From Candidatus Cloacimonadales bacterium (lineage in GTDB: Bacteria; Cloacimonadota; Cloacimonadia; Cloacimonadales; JAFGVF01), in assembly GCA_963667035.1 (NCBI GenBank), contig OY762964.1, positions 1,728,001 through 1,792,000 of the forward strand: 64,000 bases of DNA, written 5' to 3'. A program made the position numbers and the translations under genes. Under the pieces are notes generated by a model. The model had not been told where the DNA came from. It saw nothing but the letters and a program-made list of their open reading frames with translations, and did not search any database. The stretch's first letter is position 1, and each line of letters opens with the position of its first letter. Of this stretch, positions 41,264 to 51,699 are shown piece by piece.

Positions 41264-42039
41264 AAAGAAGTCCTAAAATTAATCTTAATTGCTCTATCAA
41301 CTCCAATACTATCATCATCATAGTTCCCAAGGTTGGGGTTATTCTGGAGTATATCATAAAAGCTCAATCTCAGGTCAAGATTCTCTGAAATAGATACAAG
41401 AATACCTGCATTTAGATAACCTTTACCATCACCCGTGACTTCAAAACCATTTTCATCTATAGAGCGATCATTATCATTTGTAGCTATATCATATTCAGCA
41501 AAAACATGAACGACATCACCAACGCTTTGCTGAATAGCTAACCAACCGGAAATATCCTTATCACCATCCTCAATTTCCAAAGATTTGTTAAATCCTATAT
41601 GTGCACCAAATCCGGGTAATAAAATATTATGTTTGGAAGCAACAAGATAGAAGCCTTTTGATTTAATGTCATATCTACTAATATCACTATGCCATGCCCC
41701 ATGTCCCATCGAATCAAAACCAATGGCTATAGCCGGAACCACCTGTGTCTCTCGCATAAATCTGAATTTAACATTGGCATCAACAAGATTGTGCCATTCG
41801 GGGCTAAGATTACCAACCATGTTTTCAGCACCATAACTTAATCCTATTGTTATATAAGGCAGTAATCCTATCTGTGTACCAGCTAGCATACCATTTGCTT
41901 TATATATCTTGGTCCAGATATTGTATTCACCTTGCTCTAAGACATTTGCAGTAGGAGCTCCTACTGTATATGTGAATGTATTAGCAAAAGCTAAGCTGAT
42001 GCTCAACATTAAAATGATATAAATCAGTATCTTTTTCAT
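41260..42039 (-). CDS. Putative outer-membrane beta-barrel protein (YjbH-like)
   Basis: Signal peptide, PTA..L..G start, PAIAIG motif and terminal Phe. Confidence 0.6.
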   Translation of the reverse strand: MKKILIYIILMLSISLAFANTFTYTVGAPTANVLEQGEYNIWTKIYKANGMLAGTQIGLLPYITIGLSYGAENMVGNLSPEWHNLVDANVKFRFMRETQVVPAIAIGFDSMGHGAWHSDISRYDIKSKGFYLVASKHNILLPGFGAHIGFNKSLEIEDGDKDISGWLAIQQSVGDVVHVFAEYDIATNDNDRSIDENGFEVTGDGKGYLNAGILVSISENLDLRLSFYDILQNNPNLGNYDDDSIGVDRAIKINFRTSF

Positions 42040-42046
42040 TATCACC

Positions 42047-43105
42047 TCATTTAATTATAATACTTCTGCTTATTGCCTCGAGCTCAAGCAAATGATATAG
42101 TTTATTACCGGCCGGGAAGAAAATGGAATTATCAACAATATAAGCTGTTTTAGTCGATTCATCCCAGAATGCAAAACTCTGAAAAGCACCACCTATCAGA
42201 TAAGTCATATTATTCCATCTTCCTGACATCTTTAACCCTTTTCTATCTTTCCATTTAAAACTAGAAAACCTTACATGTTCAGTACTAATCTCATCCTTAT
42301 CATAGACATCCCAGCCTAGCTTACTACGTCTTTGGAACAACCAATCTTGGTTAATAGGATTCTTTTCCGCTTTTTCATAATATACTGTTACATACTTATC
42401 CGGTTTATCACCTTTCTGTTGATAATGCCTATAAAGAAAGGAAATTACATTTTTTTCTTTCATATCTTTGTATACAACATATTGCTTAGGTATATCAACA
42501 ACAAACGGATAACCTTCAAATAGCTCATTTCTAACTGATATCTTGTGACTATACTTGTTGGCTATTCTTTCTACTAAAGCATCTTCATAGCGAGAGTAAA
42601 TCATATCTTTAATATTCTTATGAACTGTTTTAAGTTGCCCCAAACCGTCAGCCAAAAGAAATGCTACAGTCTGTTCTCTAGCCCATAAATCATTTTTTAC
42701 ATAAAAACCATATCCATCGGTTTTTACTTTATCAAGAATTTCACCTTCGAACTGTTCTTTGATATATTTAGCTACATCTTGATGATCACTTATATCTGCA
42801 ACAAAAAAAAGATTTCTGAATTTATAATAATCATCCATTTTTGTCACATCTGCACGCTTTATTTCGAATAATGCTTCTTCACTAGTCGTCATTGTATAGC
42901 GTTCCAAATTGTTCTCAATATCTTCACCCATTACATCCCAAAGGTCTTGATCGGCAAATACATAGATATTCTGATCTTGGCCCCATGAAAGTGGTTTATT
43001 AGATATCTGCTGAGATAAATCTCCTGCAGTATCTTTCTCTGACTTATTACAACCTAAAGCGATTGTTATCAGAGTAATTATCAGAAGTACTTTAAACAGT
43101 TTCAT
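42047..43105 (-). CDS. DUF4837-like lipoprotein
   Basis: Lipobox ALGC; DLWAREQ, GRW..GGAF and FFPAGNK...LELEAI motifs. Confidence 0.7.
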   Translation of the reverse strand: MKLFKVLLIITLITIALGCNKSEKDTAGDLSQQISNKPLSWGQDQNIYVFADQDLWDVMGEDIENNLERYTMTTSEEALFEIKRADVTKMDDYYKFRNLFFVADISDHQDVAKYIKEQFEGEILDKVKTDGYGFYVKNDLWAREQTVAFLLADGLGQLKTVHKNIKDMIYSRYEDALVERIANKYSHKISVRNELFEGYPFVVDIPKQYVVYKDMKEKNVISFLYRHYQQKGDKPDKYVTVYYEKAEKNPINQDWLFQRRSKLGWDVYDKDEISTEHVRFSSFKWKDRKGLKMSGRWNNMTYLIGGAFQSFAFWDESTKTAYIVDNSIFFPAGNKLYHLLELEAISRSIIIK

Positions 43106-43106
43106 A

Positions 43107-43643
43107 TCATTTCCTCCTAACAATGAAATAGTTACTCCCTGATAATACGGTAATTACCGCCACTAGCCAGAAATAGATTTTAGTAGCTAGCAGTAAGCTT
43201 GCATTATCCGGATTCAATATTAATATGAGCATTGCTGCAATCAGACCTAACATCTGAGTAACAGTTTTAACTTTCCCCCACATGTTTGCCGGAATGATAA
43301 TTTTCTTTCTGGCATATACATCTCTAAGTATGGTCACTGCAATTTCTCTGAAAGCTAATATTATAAATACTATCGGATGTATCAGGTGTACAGGATAAAA
43401 ACAGATAGCAAAAGCTGCGGATAGAACCAATAATTTATCAGCTAATGGATCCATCAACTTACCATAGTTCGATACAATCTTATACTTACGAGCGAGATAA
43501 CCATCAAAGAAATCCGTTAAACTTGCAATTATAAACACTATCAAAGCAACTGTCCAATTCTGAACAAAAGCAAAGTACAAGTACACCGGAACTAAAATCA
43601 TGCGTCCGGTAGTTAAGATGTTTGGTATATTTTTATTAATCAT
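43107..43643 (-). CDS. pgsA: CDP-diacylglycerol--glycerol-3-phosphate 3-phosphatidyltransferase
   Basis: IPNILT, TDFFDGYLAR, GKLMDPLADK and GKVKT motifs. Confidence 0.93.
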   Translation of the reverse strand: MINKNIPNILTTGRMILVPVYLYFAFVQNWTVALIVFIIASLTDFFDGYLARKYKIVSNYGKLMDPLADKLLVLSAAFAICFYPVHLIHPIVFIILAFREIAVTILRDVYARKKIIIPANMWGKVKTVTQMLGLIAAMLILILNPDNASLLLATKIYFWLVAVITVLSGSNYFIVRRK

Positions 43644-44406
43644 AATTCCTGTCCGAGAAAATCATTACTAAGCTGTTTGCTATAACATAAACTAGAGTAA
43701 CAATAATATAATCAGCAGTATTGAATATGTTACCATTACCTCCTAGGATGAGATTATAGTAACAAAGAGCTAGACCAATAGGTATAACAGTAAACAAAAT
43801 CAACTCAAAGAAACTGCTTTTCCGTTTATTTACAAGCAGAGTATTTAGTTTCATTTTCCGTTTAATAGACTCAGTTGTTGATATTTCTTGTAGCATTCTT
43901 GTTACAAAGACAAAGCAAGTAATAGCAAATATAAGAGCAATATTCAATTTTGCTCTAAAGCTTTTTATTATGTTGTAATCATCCATTATTTGTTGCCAGC
44001 TCTCTTCATTGTATCTAACAACTATACGGTTACTGTATTTACCAAGATTCAGCAATATCTCTTTTCGCCCTTCAATACTTCTTTCATTACCAAGAAATCT
44101 TATTGTCAGAACATCAGGTAACTGCTCTATATCTAAATATCTTCTGGCATTACCTAAAGAATACTTATCCAATAGTTTATCTGACAATTCATTTCTCTCT
44201 TCCAATTTCAATTCTTTAACGAACATAGAGTCATTTAGGGTTTCCGAAAGCTCTTTAAGTAGTTTAGTATCCCTGGAGAAGATAATGATAGGATACTTTT
44301 CAAAGTCTTTTAAACACTTTTGCCCATAATCGTGAACCGATAGATTTACAATGACCCATCCTATGAGTATTAGCGTTAGTAATAAATAGCTTAAAAAACT
44401 TCTCAT
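43636..44406 (-). CDS. Membrane protein, weakly FtsX-like
   Basis: One TM, a periplasmic domain (LPDVLTI), then three TM segments. Confidence 0.45.
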   Translation of the reverse strand: MRSFLSYLLLTLILIGWVIVNLSVHDYGQKCLKDFEKYPIIIFSRDTKLLKELSETLNDSMFVKELKLEERNELSDKLLDKYSLGNARRYLDIEQLPDVLTIRFLGNERSIEGRKEILLNLGKYSNRIVVRYNEESWQQIMDDYNIIKSFRAKLNIALIFAITCFVFVTRMLQEISTTESIKRKMKLNTLLVNKRKSSFFELILFTVIPIGLALCYYNLILGGNGNIFNTADYIIVTLVYVIANSLVMIFSDRNYD

Positions 44407-45020
44407 ATTCTGTTTATCTCAAAAACTATTTTAGGAGCTTTTGCCACAATATTGTGTATCCGAACAATTTGAAATCCGTGTTTAGATACAGATGAAGTAA
44501 TTTCTTTCTCTCTAGCTTGAGGATATATAGCATACGCACAACCCTTTTTTGTTAAATAACAACTATATGCCGAGAACAAATCATCAGGAGTACATGTTTC
44601 TTCAAGTCGTGAGATTCTTCTCTCGACATTAGGACTTATTCTTCCATCTGTTTTATAATAAGGTGGATTAGATACGATCAAATCAAAAAACTCCCGATAA
44701 CTTTCGTTACATACTCTTATATCCTGTTCAATAATTTTAACACTAGTTGATGATAACTTATTGTTCTCTTCAGCAAGTTGAACAAGCTGTTTCTGCAACT
44801 CAAATCCGTAGACTTGCCAATTTCTATAATGCGACAACATTATTGCTATTACACCCGTTCCACTACCTATATCCAGAACTTTCAGACCTTCACTTTCGAA
44901 ATTATTCAAAACAATGTTTACAAGACTGGCAGAATCCTCTGTTATCTTTTGACCTTTAACATGCTGATAAATTGTTTTACCAAAAGGCAATAGCACCGGT
45001 TGCTTTTTAGCAGAAAGCAT
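44403..45020 (-). CDS. tRNA1(Val) m6A37-type methyltransferase
   Basis: VLDIGSGTG and SNPPY motifs. Confidence 0.75.
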   Translation of the reverse strand: MLSAKKQPVLLPFGKTIYQHVKGQKITEDSASLVNIVLNNFESEGLKVLDIGSGTGVIAIMLSHYRNWQVYGFELQKQLVQLAEENNKLSSTSVKIIEQDIRVCNESYREFFDLIVSNPPYYKTDGRISPNVERRISRLEETCTPDDLFSAYSCYLTKKGCAYAIYPQAREKEITSSVSKHGFQIVRIHNIVAKAPKIVFEINRI

Positions 45021-45023
45021 TTT

Positions 45024-45929
45024 TTATCTGGAAAGCTCCATCATTTTAAATACACTTTGTTTTGCTTTTTCCATTACATCTTCAGCAAGTGTAATCTCCG
45101 GTACTTCATCAGAGAGAGCATTATATACATCTATCAATTTTGTCTTTTTCATATTACGGCATATAGCATCAGGAGCTAATGTAATAATATCCTTATCAGG
45201 ATATTTAGCTTTTAACTGATCACACAAACCGACTTCTGTTCCAATAATAATGTTATCATTCTCTTCAGCATACTTTGCCATCATTGCTGTTGAGCCGACC
45301 ATATCCGCTAACTCTGTAACTTCAGGTGGGCATTCAGGATGAACTATTATTTTATGATTTGGATAAAGCTTTCTCATCTTCTTAATCCTTTCGGGTTTTA
45401 TTCCAAAATGGTGAACGAGGCAGTACCCATCCCAAACAATAACATCTCTTCCACATTGAGCTGATGCCCATTTCCCTAAATTCTGATCAGGGACAAAGAG
45501 TATCTCTTTATCAACAGGTATTGATTTTAAGATATAAACGGCATTAGAGGAAGTACAGCAGATATCACTTTCTGCTTTCACTTCTGCAGTGGAATTGACA
45601 TAGCAAACCACAACAGCACCTGGATGTTGTGATTTAAACTCACGTAACTGAGCTCCCGTTATCATGTCAGCCATAGGGCATCCTGCATCTTCAACAGGTA
45701 AAATCACTTTTGCCTCAGGCTTTAGAATCTTAGCTGTCTCAGCCATAAATCTTACACCACAAAAGATAATCAAGTCATTCTCTACCTGAGATGACTTAAT
45801 CGATAATTGAAGCGAATCACCTACAAAATCAGCTATCTCCTGTACATCTAAAGTCTGATAACTATGTGCTAGAATAATGGCTTCTTTCTCTTTCTTTAAT
45901 TCTATAATTTTATTTTGTAATTCTGTCAT
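45024..45929 (-). CDS. nadA: Quinolinate synthase
   Basis: ILAHSYQ, FCGVRFMAE, GCPMA, YVNS, HPEC and C.NMK motifs. Confidence 0.96.
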   Translation of the reverse strand: MTELQNKIIELKKEKEAIILAHSYQTLDVQEIADFVGDSLQLSIKSSQVENDLIIFCGVRFMAETAKILKPEAKVILPVEDAGCPMADMITGAQLREFKSQHPGAVVVCYVNSTAEVKAESDICCTSSNAVYILKSIPVDKEILFVPDQNLGKWASAQCGRDVIVWDGYCLVHHFGIKPERIKKMRKLYPNHKIIVHPECPPEVTELADMVGSTAMMAKYAEENDNIIIGTEVGLCDQLKAKYPDKDIITLAPDAICRNMKKTKLIDVYNALSDEVPEITLAEDVMEKAKQSVFKMMELSR

Positions 45930-45939
45930 TTCTTAAACC

Positions 45940-46380
45940 TCATTTTAACTTTGTATGCCCGAATCCCCCGTCCCCTCTCTCTGTTTCATCAAGTTCTTCT
46001 ACAACTTTAATAGAGATTGGAGTAATCTGGTTGAATACTATTTGAGCTATACGCATCCCATTCTCAACAACGAATTTGGTATTGCTGAAATTAAAAAGAA
46101 TCACTTTCACCTCTCCCCTATAATCCGCATCAATAGTTCCGGGAGAGTTTAAGACTCCAATACCGTATTTAAAAGCTAAACCACTTCTTGGCCTGACCTG
46201 ACCTTCATAACCGTGAGGTATACTCATTGCCAAACCTGTGGGTACAAGTGCAACTTCCCCCGGCTTAATAGTAACATGTTCTGTTAAGTCGGCAGTAAGG
46301 TCAAAGCCTGCAGCAGAATCCGACATCTGCTTAGGAAGAGTCGCAGTCTCTCTCAATTTTCTGATTTTAAGTTCTATCAT
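45940..46380 (-). CDS. dut: dUTP diphosphatase
   Basis: AGFDL, RPRSG, GTIDADYRGE and RGDGGFGHT motifs. Confidence 0.96.
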   Translation of the reverse strand: MIELKIRKLRETATLPKQMSDSAAGFDLTADLTEHVTIKPGEVALVPTGLAMSIPHGYEGQVRPRSGLAFKYGIGVLNSPGTIDADYRGEVKVILFNFSNTKFVVENGMRIAQIVFNQITPISIKVVEELDETERGDGGFGHTKLK

Positions 46381-47279
46381 TAGAATTTTCTAGTCATTAT
46401 AAACTCGGAGAGCATAATTAATAGCTCAGCCTTATCACCGTAAGAGCTTAACAATTTTATGCAATCCTGAACATATTTTTCTGCCATTTCTCTTGATTTC
46501 TCAAGTCCGTAAACCGCAGGAAAAGTCATCTTACCTTGAGCCGCATCTTTACCGACAGTTTTCCCCATCATTCCTGATGAGCCTTCCACATCCAGTATAT
46601 CGTCGACTATTTGGAAAGCCATTCCCAGCTTTGTCCCAATCTTCTCCATCTTCTGAATATCTTTATCGGAAGCTCCGGCAGCATAACAAGCAAACCTGAT
46701 TGAAAGATTTATCAGTTTCGCGGTTTTATTGTTATGAATATAAGTAAGTTTTCTTTTATCCGGTTTGCTTAAACCTTCACAATCTATATCTTCCATCTGT
46801 CCGGCTAATAGACCTTTTATTCCCATGTCGGAAGAAAATTCGGCAATCAGTTTTATCTTTAGCGAATCGTCTAACTTAGCAGCGGAAAGAATATCAAAAG
46901 CACTAACCAACAAAGCATCTGATGCTAAAAGAGCAATATTACTGCCATAAACTATATGACAAGCTTGTCTTCCTCTTCTTGTGTCATCATTATCTATTTC
47001 CGGTAGGTCATCTTGAATAAGAGAGTAAGTATGCAATAATTCAATTGCTGCCGCAAGATGAGATATCTTCTCTACTTCGTTACTAAATAGCAAGAACGTT
47101 CTAATCATTAAATACGGACGTAACCGTTTTCCACCTGCAAAAAGAGTATGTCGCATAGCCTTGTGTATGTCTTTCGGATATTCGTCTTTTCTGGGGAGAA
47201 ATCTGTCTAAGACAATATTCACCCACTCTTTCTTCTCTTTTAAATCTTTTTTCAGGGCTTTTTTTGTTGGTTCAGCCAT
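46380..47279 (-). CDS. ispA: Farnesyl/geranylgeranyl diphosphate synthase
   Basis: GGKRLRP, DDLPEIDNDDTRRG and FQIVDDILD motifs; follows xseB. Confidence 0.88.
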   Translation of the reverse strand: MAEPTKKALKKDLKEKKEWVNIVLDRFLPRKDEYPKDIHKAMRHTLFAGGKRLRPYLMIRTFLLFSNEVEKISHLAAAIELLHTYSLIQDDLPEIDNDDTRRGRQACHIVYGSNIALLASDALLVSAFDILSAAKLDDSLKIKLIAEFSSDMGIKGLLAGQMEDIDCEGLSKPDKRKLTYIHNNKTAKLINLSIRFACYAAGASDKDIQKMEKIGTKLGMAFQIVDDILDVEGSSGMMGKTVGKDAAQGKMTFPAVYGLEKSREMAEKYVQDCIKLLSSYGDKAELLIMLSEFIMTRKF

Positions 47280-47491
47280 TAATTCTCCTCTTTTTCCACC
47301 GACCCTAACTCTGTTGACAACTGTGTTATTTTCATCTCTAAACTATCAATTTTTGAAGTGCAGAATTTCACTAACTCAGTGCCTTCTTTAAAGTACTGAA
47401 TTGTATCTTCTAATTCTAATTCACCGGACTCCAGCTTTTCTACGATTTCTTCAATTCTTTGAAGTGCTTTTTCCAGTTTCATTTCCTTCAT
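47279..47491 (-). CDS. xseB: Exodeoxyribonuclease VII small subunit
   Basis: LEKALQRIEEIVEKLESGELELE motif; start taken at ATG 47491. Confidence 0.9.
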   Translation of the reverse strand: MKEMKLEKALQRIEEIVEKLESGELELEDTIQYFKEGTELVKFCTSKIDSLEMKITQLSTELGSVEKEEN

Positions 47492-48006
47492 TACACACCT
47501 TCTAAAGTATAAACTTTTCCATTTTATGTTACTTGCTATATATATCAAATCAATGCGATTGTAAAGGAATATTTCACTTTTTTAGAATTATTTTTTTTGT
47601 TATATATTAACTAATATCCTCTCTCCGTTATGCTAAGTTTTCATATCAATGCTAATTACAGTTTCTTAGACCGGAGAACATATTAGTTCTCTCATCAGTT
47701 TCCTATTGATTTAAAGGTTATAGTAGTTAGTCTTAAAGAAAAGATAATGAGGGGCATTCTATAAATAGTTTTTTTCCACTGCTATATCTATCTCAGTTCA
47801 CTTTTGGCTCTCCTTTACGAGGCAAGTGAGAGCCAAGAGTAAAGCATGAGAAGTTTTACTATTATTAATACGATTCGCACATAAGTTCCAAAGGAAATAA
47901 TACCAGACTTCTTAAGAACTGTGAAAGGCAAATTCATGAAAAAGGTTTTGACAAAATAATATGTCATGGCTTATTTGTATAAATTAAATAATATTCTGGA
48001 GGAAGA

Positions 48007-48426
48007 ATGCCGGAGACAAAGGCCGTTACAAAAAGAACTGATAAGTTTTCTTTAGTGGAACTGTTAATGATTGTCATGCTTGTTGGGCTGATTTTCGTTA
48101 TATGGATTCCTATGAAAGAAGCTAAAGTATACAGAGCAAACCTTCAAGAAGCTGTAAAAAATATTGATACAATCGCAAATGCAAACATAGCTTTCAGGAA
48201 TAACCCTGACCTCGGCGATGGAGACTTTGCTTTTGATATTTCTCAGCTTAACCTTAAGCTTGATGCTAAGTATTTTGAGTACTCTGTTACTGACACTACA
48301 GTTGTAGCAACATCAACCGAAGAGTTCGGTAAAAAAGATATTGATGTAATATTCTATCTGCCTACCGGACCTTTCCAGATTGATAATGATTCTAAGAAGG
48401 TTATTGATTTAACCTGGCTTCCTTAA
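48007..48426 (+). CDS. Type IV pilin-like protein
   Basis: Basic leader, then FSLVELLMIV hydrophobic helix with Glu at +5. TTGACA upstream and terminator downstream. Confidence 0.75.
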   Translation: MPETKAVTKRTDKFSLVELLMIVMLVGLIFVIWIPMKEAKVYRANLQEAVKNIDTIANANIAFRNNPDLGDGDFAFDISQLNLKLDAKYFEYSVTDTTVVATSTEEFGKKDIDVIFYLPTGPFQIDNDSKKVIDLTWLP

Positions 48427-48437
48427 TTTACATTTTT

Positions 48438-48464
48438 AGCCCTCGCAAGAGGGCTTATTTTTTT
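48438..48464 (+). terminator. Terminator after the pilin gene
   Basis: AGCCCTC-GCAA-GAGGGCT stem plus T tract. Confidence 0.8.
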
Positions 48465-48472
48465 CTACACAA

Positions 48473-49306
48473 ATGAAACTTCATTCAACTCTTTTTGTAG
48501 TTCCCACTCCGATTGGTAATCTTCAAGATATGACTTTCAGAGCTATAGAGATATTAAAAAGCGTATCTCTTGTTCTTGCAGAAGATACCCGCACCAGTTC
48601 TTACCTGTTAAATCATTTTGGTATTGAGACTCAAACTCAAAGCTATCATAAGTTTAATGAGAAGAAGAGAACCGTTGAGATTATTGATAGATTGAAATCA
48701 GGAGATAATATAGCTCTTATCAGTGATGCAGGGACTCCCGGTATATCTGATCCCGGTTATATCCTAATCAAAGATGCCATAGACGAAGATATTAATGTTG
48801 TAACCCTCCCCGGAGCAACTGCCTTCATTCCTGCCTTAGTAAGCTCGGGACTGGAAACATCAAGTTTCTGTTTCATTGGCTTCTTACCTGAGAAGAATAA
48901 ACAAAGAAACGAACTACTTGAAAGCCTAAAGAGCTATAAGCAAACAATTGTATTTTATTGTTCTCCTCACGATTTATTTGAAAACATGAAACAGATTAAA
49001 GAAGTCTTCGGAAACAGAAAAGCTGTAGTATGCAAAGAAATCAGCAAACTTTATGAGACGTTCTACCGTGGTACCCTTGATAGTCTTACAGATTCTGAAG
49101 AAGTTAATCTAAAAGGTGAGTTCATACTGCTAGTTGAGGGTTTTCAAGATGAAGAGATAAGTGATGAAATGATTGAACTCTTACTTATTCAGGAACTTGA
49201 AAACGGTTTGAAAGGCAAAGAGGCAGTGAAAAAAGTTGCCAATGATACCAAAATGCGTAAGAATTTAGTGTATGATATTTATATTAAGATGAAAGAGGAA
49301 CTTTAA
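48473..49306 (+). CDS. rsmI: 16S rRNA (cytidine-1402-2'-O)-methyltransferase
   Basis: PTPIGNL.D, AEDTR and SDAGTPGISDPG motifs. Confidence 0.95.
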   Translation: MKLHSTLFVVPTPIGNLQDMTFRAIEILKSVSLVLAEDTRTSSYLLNHFGIETQTQSYHKFNEKKRTVEIIDRLKSGDNIALISDAGTPGISDPGYILIKDAIDEDINVVTLPGATAFIPALVSSGLETSSFCFIGFLPEKNKQRNELLESLKSYKQTIVFYCSPHDLFENMKQIKEVFGNRKAVVCKEISKLYETFYRGTLDSLTDSEEVNLKGEFILLVEGFQDEEISDEMIELLLIQELENGLKGKEAVKKVANDTKMRKNLVYDIYIKMKEEL

Positions 49307-49843
49307 ATGAGATTAAAAGAAGATAAAGCAATCTTTGCAATGATAGATATACAAGAATCATTTAAACCGGTTATGAAAGAATTGGATAGCATTATTAAGA
49401 CTGCCAACATACTAAACAAGTCGGCAGAAATACTTTCAATCCCCCTAATAGTAACCGAACAATACCCAAAAGGTCTCGGACATACTTGTGAGGAGATATA
49501 TGTTCCCGAAACAGCCGGAATCTTTGAAAAGAAAGTCTTTTCAATATTTACTCCTGAAATCAAAGAAGAGATTAAATCAAGTGGAAGGACCCAGATTGTG
49601 TTATACGGAATTGAGAGTCATGTTTGTCTGACTCAATCAGCTCTTGATGCTATCGAAGAAGGAATCGAAGTCTTTTATGTAGAAAACGGAGTTGCATCAC
49701 GAGATAACTGTGATAAAATTATCGCTGTCAGGAGACTGTCTCAACTTGGAGTACAAGTTGTTAGCTATGAGATGCTGTTATTCGAAATTATGCAATCCGC
49801 TAAACATCCTCATTTTAAAGAAATATCCCAACTAATTAAGTAA
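49307..49843 (+). CDS. Isochorismatase-family cysteine hydrolase
   Basis: IDIQE, TEQYPKGLG and GIESHVC motifs. Confidence 0.9.
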   Translation: MRLKEDKAIFAMIDIQESFKPVMKELDSIIKTANILNKSAEILSIPLIVTEQYPKGLGHTCEEIYVPETAGIFEKKVFSIFTPEIKEEIKSSGRTQIVLYGIESHVCLTQSALDAIEEGIEVFYVENGVASRDNCDKIIAVRRLSQLGVQVVSYEMLLFEIMQSAKHPHFKEISQLIK

Positions 49844-49852
49844 CTGATAACG

Positions 49853-50617
49853 ATGACTGATTTTAGAGATAAGATAACTAAAGAGCTCAAGATACTACTT
49901 AATAGAGACTATGTTCATGCAGTATGGGAAGGTGGTTCCTCTGCAACAGGCTACTTAGACGAATACTCTGATCTTGACTTAATGATAATATCGGATGCAG
50001 ATAAAATTGAATCAAGCTTTTCTATTCTTGAGGAGTTTTTTAAAGAAAAGTATGGTATCCTCAAACAATTCAGAATGCCAGAGCCAACTTGGCATGGTAT
50101 GTCTCAATGCTTTTATCTGTTAGATAACACTCCCAAATATTTCTACCTTGATATTGCCATCCAAAAGCTAGAAGCTGAAGATAAGTTTCTGGAATCAGAT
50201 AGACATGGTTTACCGGTAGCGTGGTTTGACAAAGGCAAATTACTTAATCCAAAGCCTACATCTCCTGATAAGATTGTCAGGAAAGGTAAAAGTGCTTTTA
50301 AACTCAATACAGAGCTCTTTTTTGTTGTAGAGATTGAAGTAATGAAACTAATTCGAAGAGGACGACTGGTAGATGCTTCTCAGGAATTTCAAGTGAGTAT
50401 TCTCAGACGCTTATCAGTGTTACTTAACCTTAAATACAGACCTGCTAAAGTAGATTTCGGCTTAAAGTATGGATATCGAGATTATCCTGCGGATGTTAAC
50501 AAACGTTTACAGAGCATTGTAACTTATTCGAATATTTATGAGTTAGAGAATTCGGCAAAAGAAACAATAAAGTGGTTTTATGAATTAGAAAGTGAGCTTA
50601 CATCTGAATGGGTGTAA
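49853..50617 (+). CDS. Pol-beta-superfamily nucleotidyltransferase
   Basis: GGSSA.G..DEYSDLDL motif plus helical C-terminal domain. Confidence 0.75.
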   Translation: MTDFRDKITKELKILLNRDYVHAVWEGGSSATGYLDEYSDLDLMIISDADKIESSFSILEEFFKEKYGILKQFRMPEPTWHGMSQCFYLLDNTPKYFYLDIAIQKLEAEDKFLESDRHGLPVAWFDKGKLLNPKPTSPDKIVRKGKSAFKLNTELFFVVEIEVMKLIRRGRLVDASQEFQVSILRRLSVLLNLKYRPAKVDFGLKYGYRDYPADVNKRLQSIVTYSNIYELENSAKETIKWFYELESELTSEWV

Positions 50618-51689
50618 CGCTCTTTTCTCTATCCTCTTCCATTCTTGTCCTACGTGACTTATTAATCCTTCTTCTCAACCTCTTCATCTTAGCGACACTC
50701 CCATCATCATAAACAAGAGTATAAAGATATAGTCCCATATGTGGGATAGGGTGTGATAATACTAAATAATCAGTATTTAATAACTTCTGACTGTAAAAGA
50801 AGTCATTTTTAACAATTATTCTCTTAGCCATTAACTCTAGAGAGAAATTATGAATATTAAACAGAGAATAATCATTCACAGTAAGAGAATCAGGTAGCAC
50901 TTGCTGATTTAACCAAGGCGGTGCAGAGAGTGATTGACGCAATAGATTATCTTGGTGCAGAATATGTCCTCCATCGGAGAGAACTCCAACTTCCGAATCA
51001 ATGCTCTCAATAAACTGACTAAGTTTATTAACTGAGATATTTATAACACATAATCCTAGCAGATTAGTTTGTTGAATTACCGGTTTAATGGCTGAAATAA
51101 CCCATTCTCCTGTAAAAGGAGAAAGCTGAGGAGTACTCCTCCATATTCTCTTACCCGGTTTTATTTCTTTAAAAATTTCCGCAAATTCAGCAGTATCTTT
51201 AAAGTTATAATTCCTAAATTCCGGTTTGTATTCTATATATGGATAATGTCTATAAAACTCGCTGTTATCATAGTAAAAAACAGACTCTATCAACTCACTG
51301 CTGATAAAAATCTGTTGCATGTACTCATCAAGTTGCTCCATTAAAACCACATCACTAATCAAATTATCACCGACCGGAATGTTCCCTGTATAGAAAACTG
51401 CAGCTAAACCATCATTTTTGTTTTTATAAAGCTCGGTATCATCAACATGATAGTTTTGGGGTATAATTCCGTCATAAACATATTCTTTGCTTAGATATAA
51501 TGAACTAACGAGTTGTGATAATAAGTTCAAACGACCACTAATCTCGGCATACTGTATATTCAGTGAATCAGCGGCCATGAATAGTTTATCCCTTTCCCTT
51601 CCGGGATTTGTTGATCTATAGTTTAGTACAAAGAATGCCATGGCAATGGCAACTATCAAAATTATTATAAAGACTATTCTTTTTTTCAT
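50598..51689 (-). CDS. Membrane-anchored Cache-like sensor domain protein
   Basis: Real start is ATG 51689; the ORF-track extension overlaps the tRNA. N-terminal TM and W..PQLSPFTGEWVISAIKPV....LLG dCache pattern. Confidence 0.65.
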   Translation of the reverse strand: MKKRIVFIIILIVAIAMAFFVLNYRSTNPGRERDKLFMAADSLNIQYAEISGRLNLLSQLVSSLYLSKEYVYDGIIPQNYHVDDTELYKNKNDGLAAVFYTGNIPVGDNLISDVVLMEQLDEYMQQIFISSELIESVFYYDNSEFYRHYPYIEYKPEFRNYNFKDTAEFAEIFKEIKPGKRIWRSTPQLSPFTGEWVISAIKPVIQQTNLLGLCVINISVNKLSQFIESIDSEVGVLSDGGHILHQDNLLRQSLSAPPWLNQQVLPDSLTVNDYSLFNIHNFSLELMAKRIIVKNDFFYSQKLLNTDYLVLSHPIPHMGLYLYTLVYDDGSVAKMKRLRRRINKSRRTRMEEDREKSVTPIQM

Positions 51690-51699
51690 TGTTTTTCCT

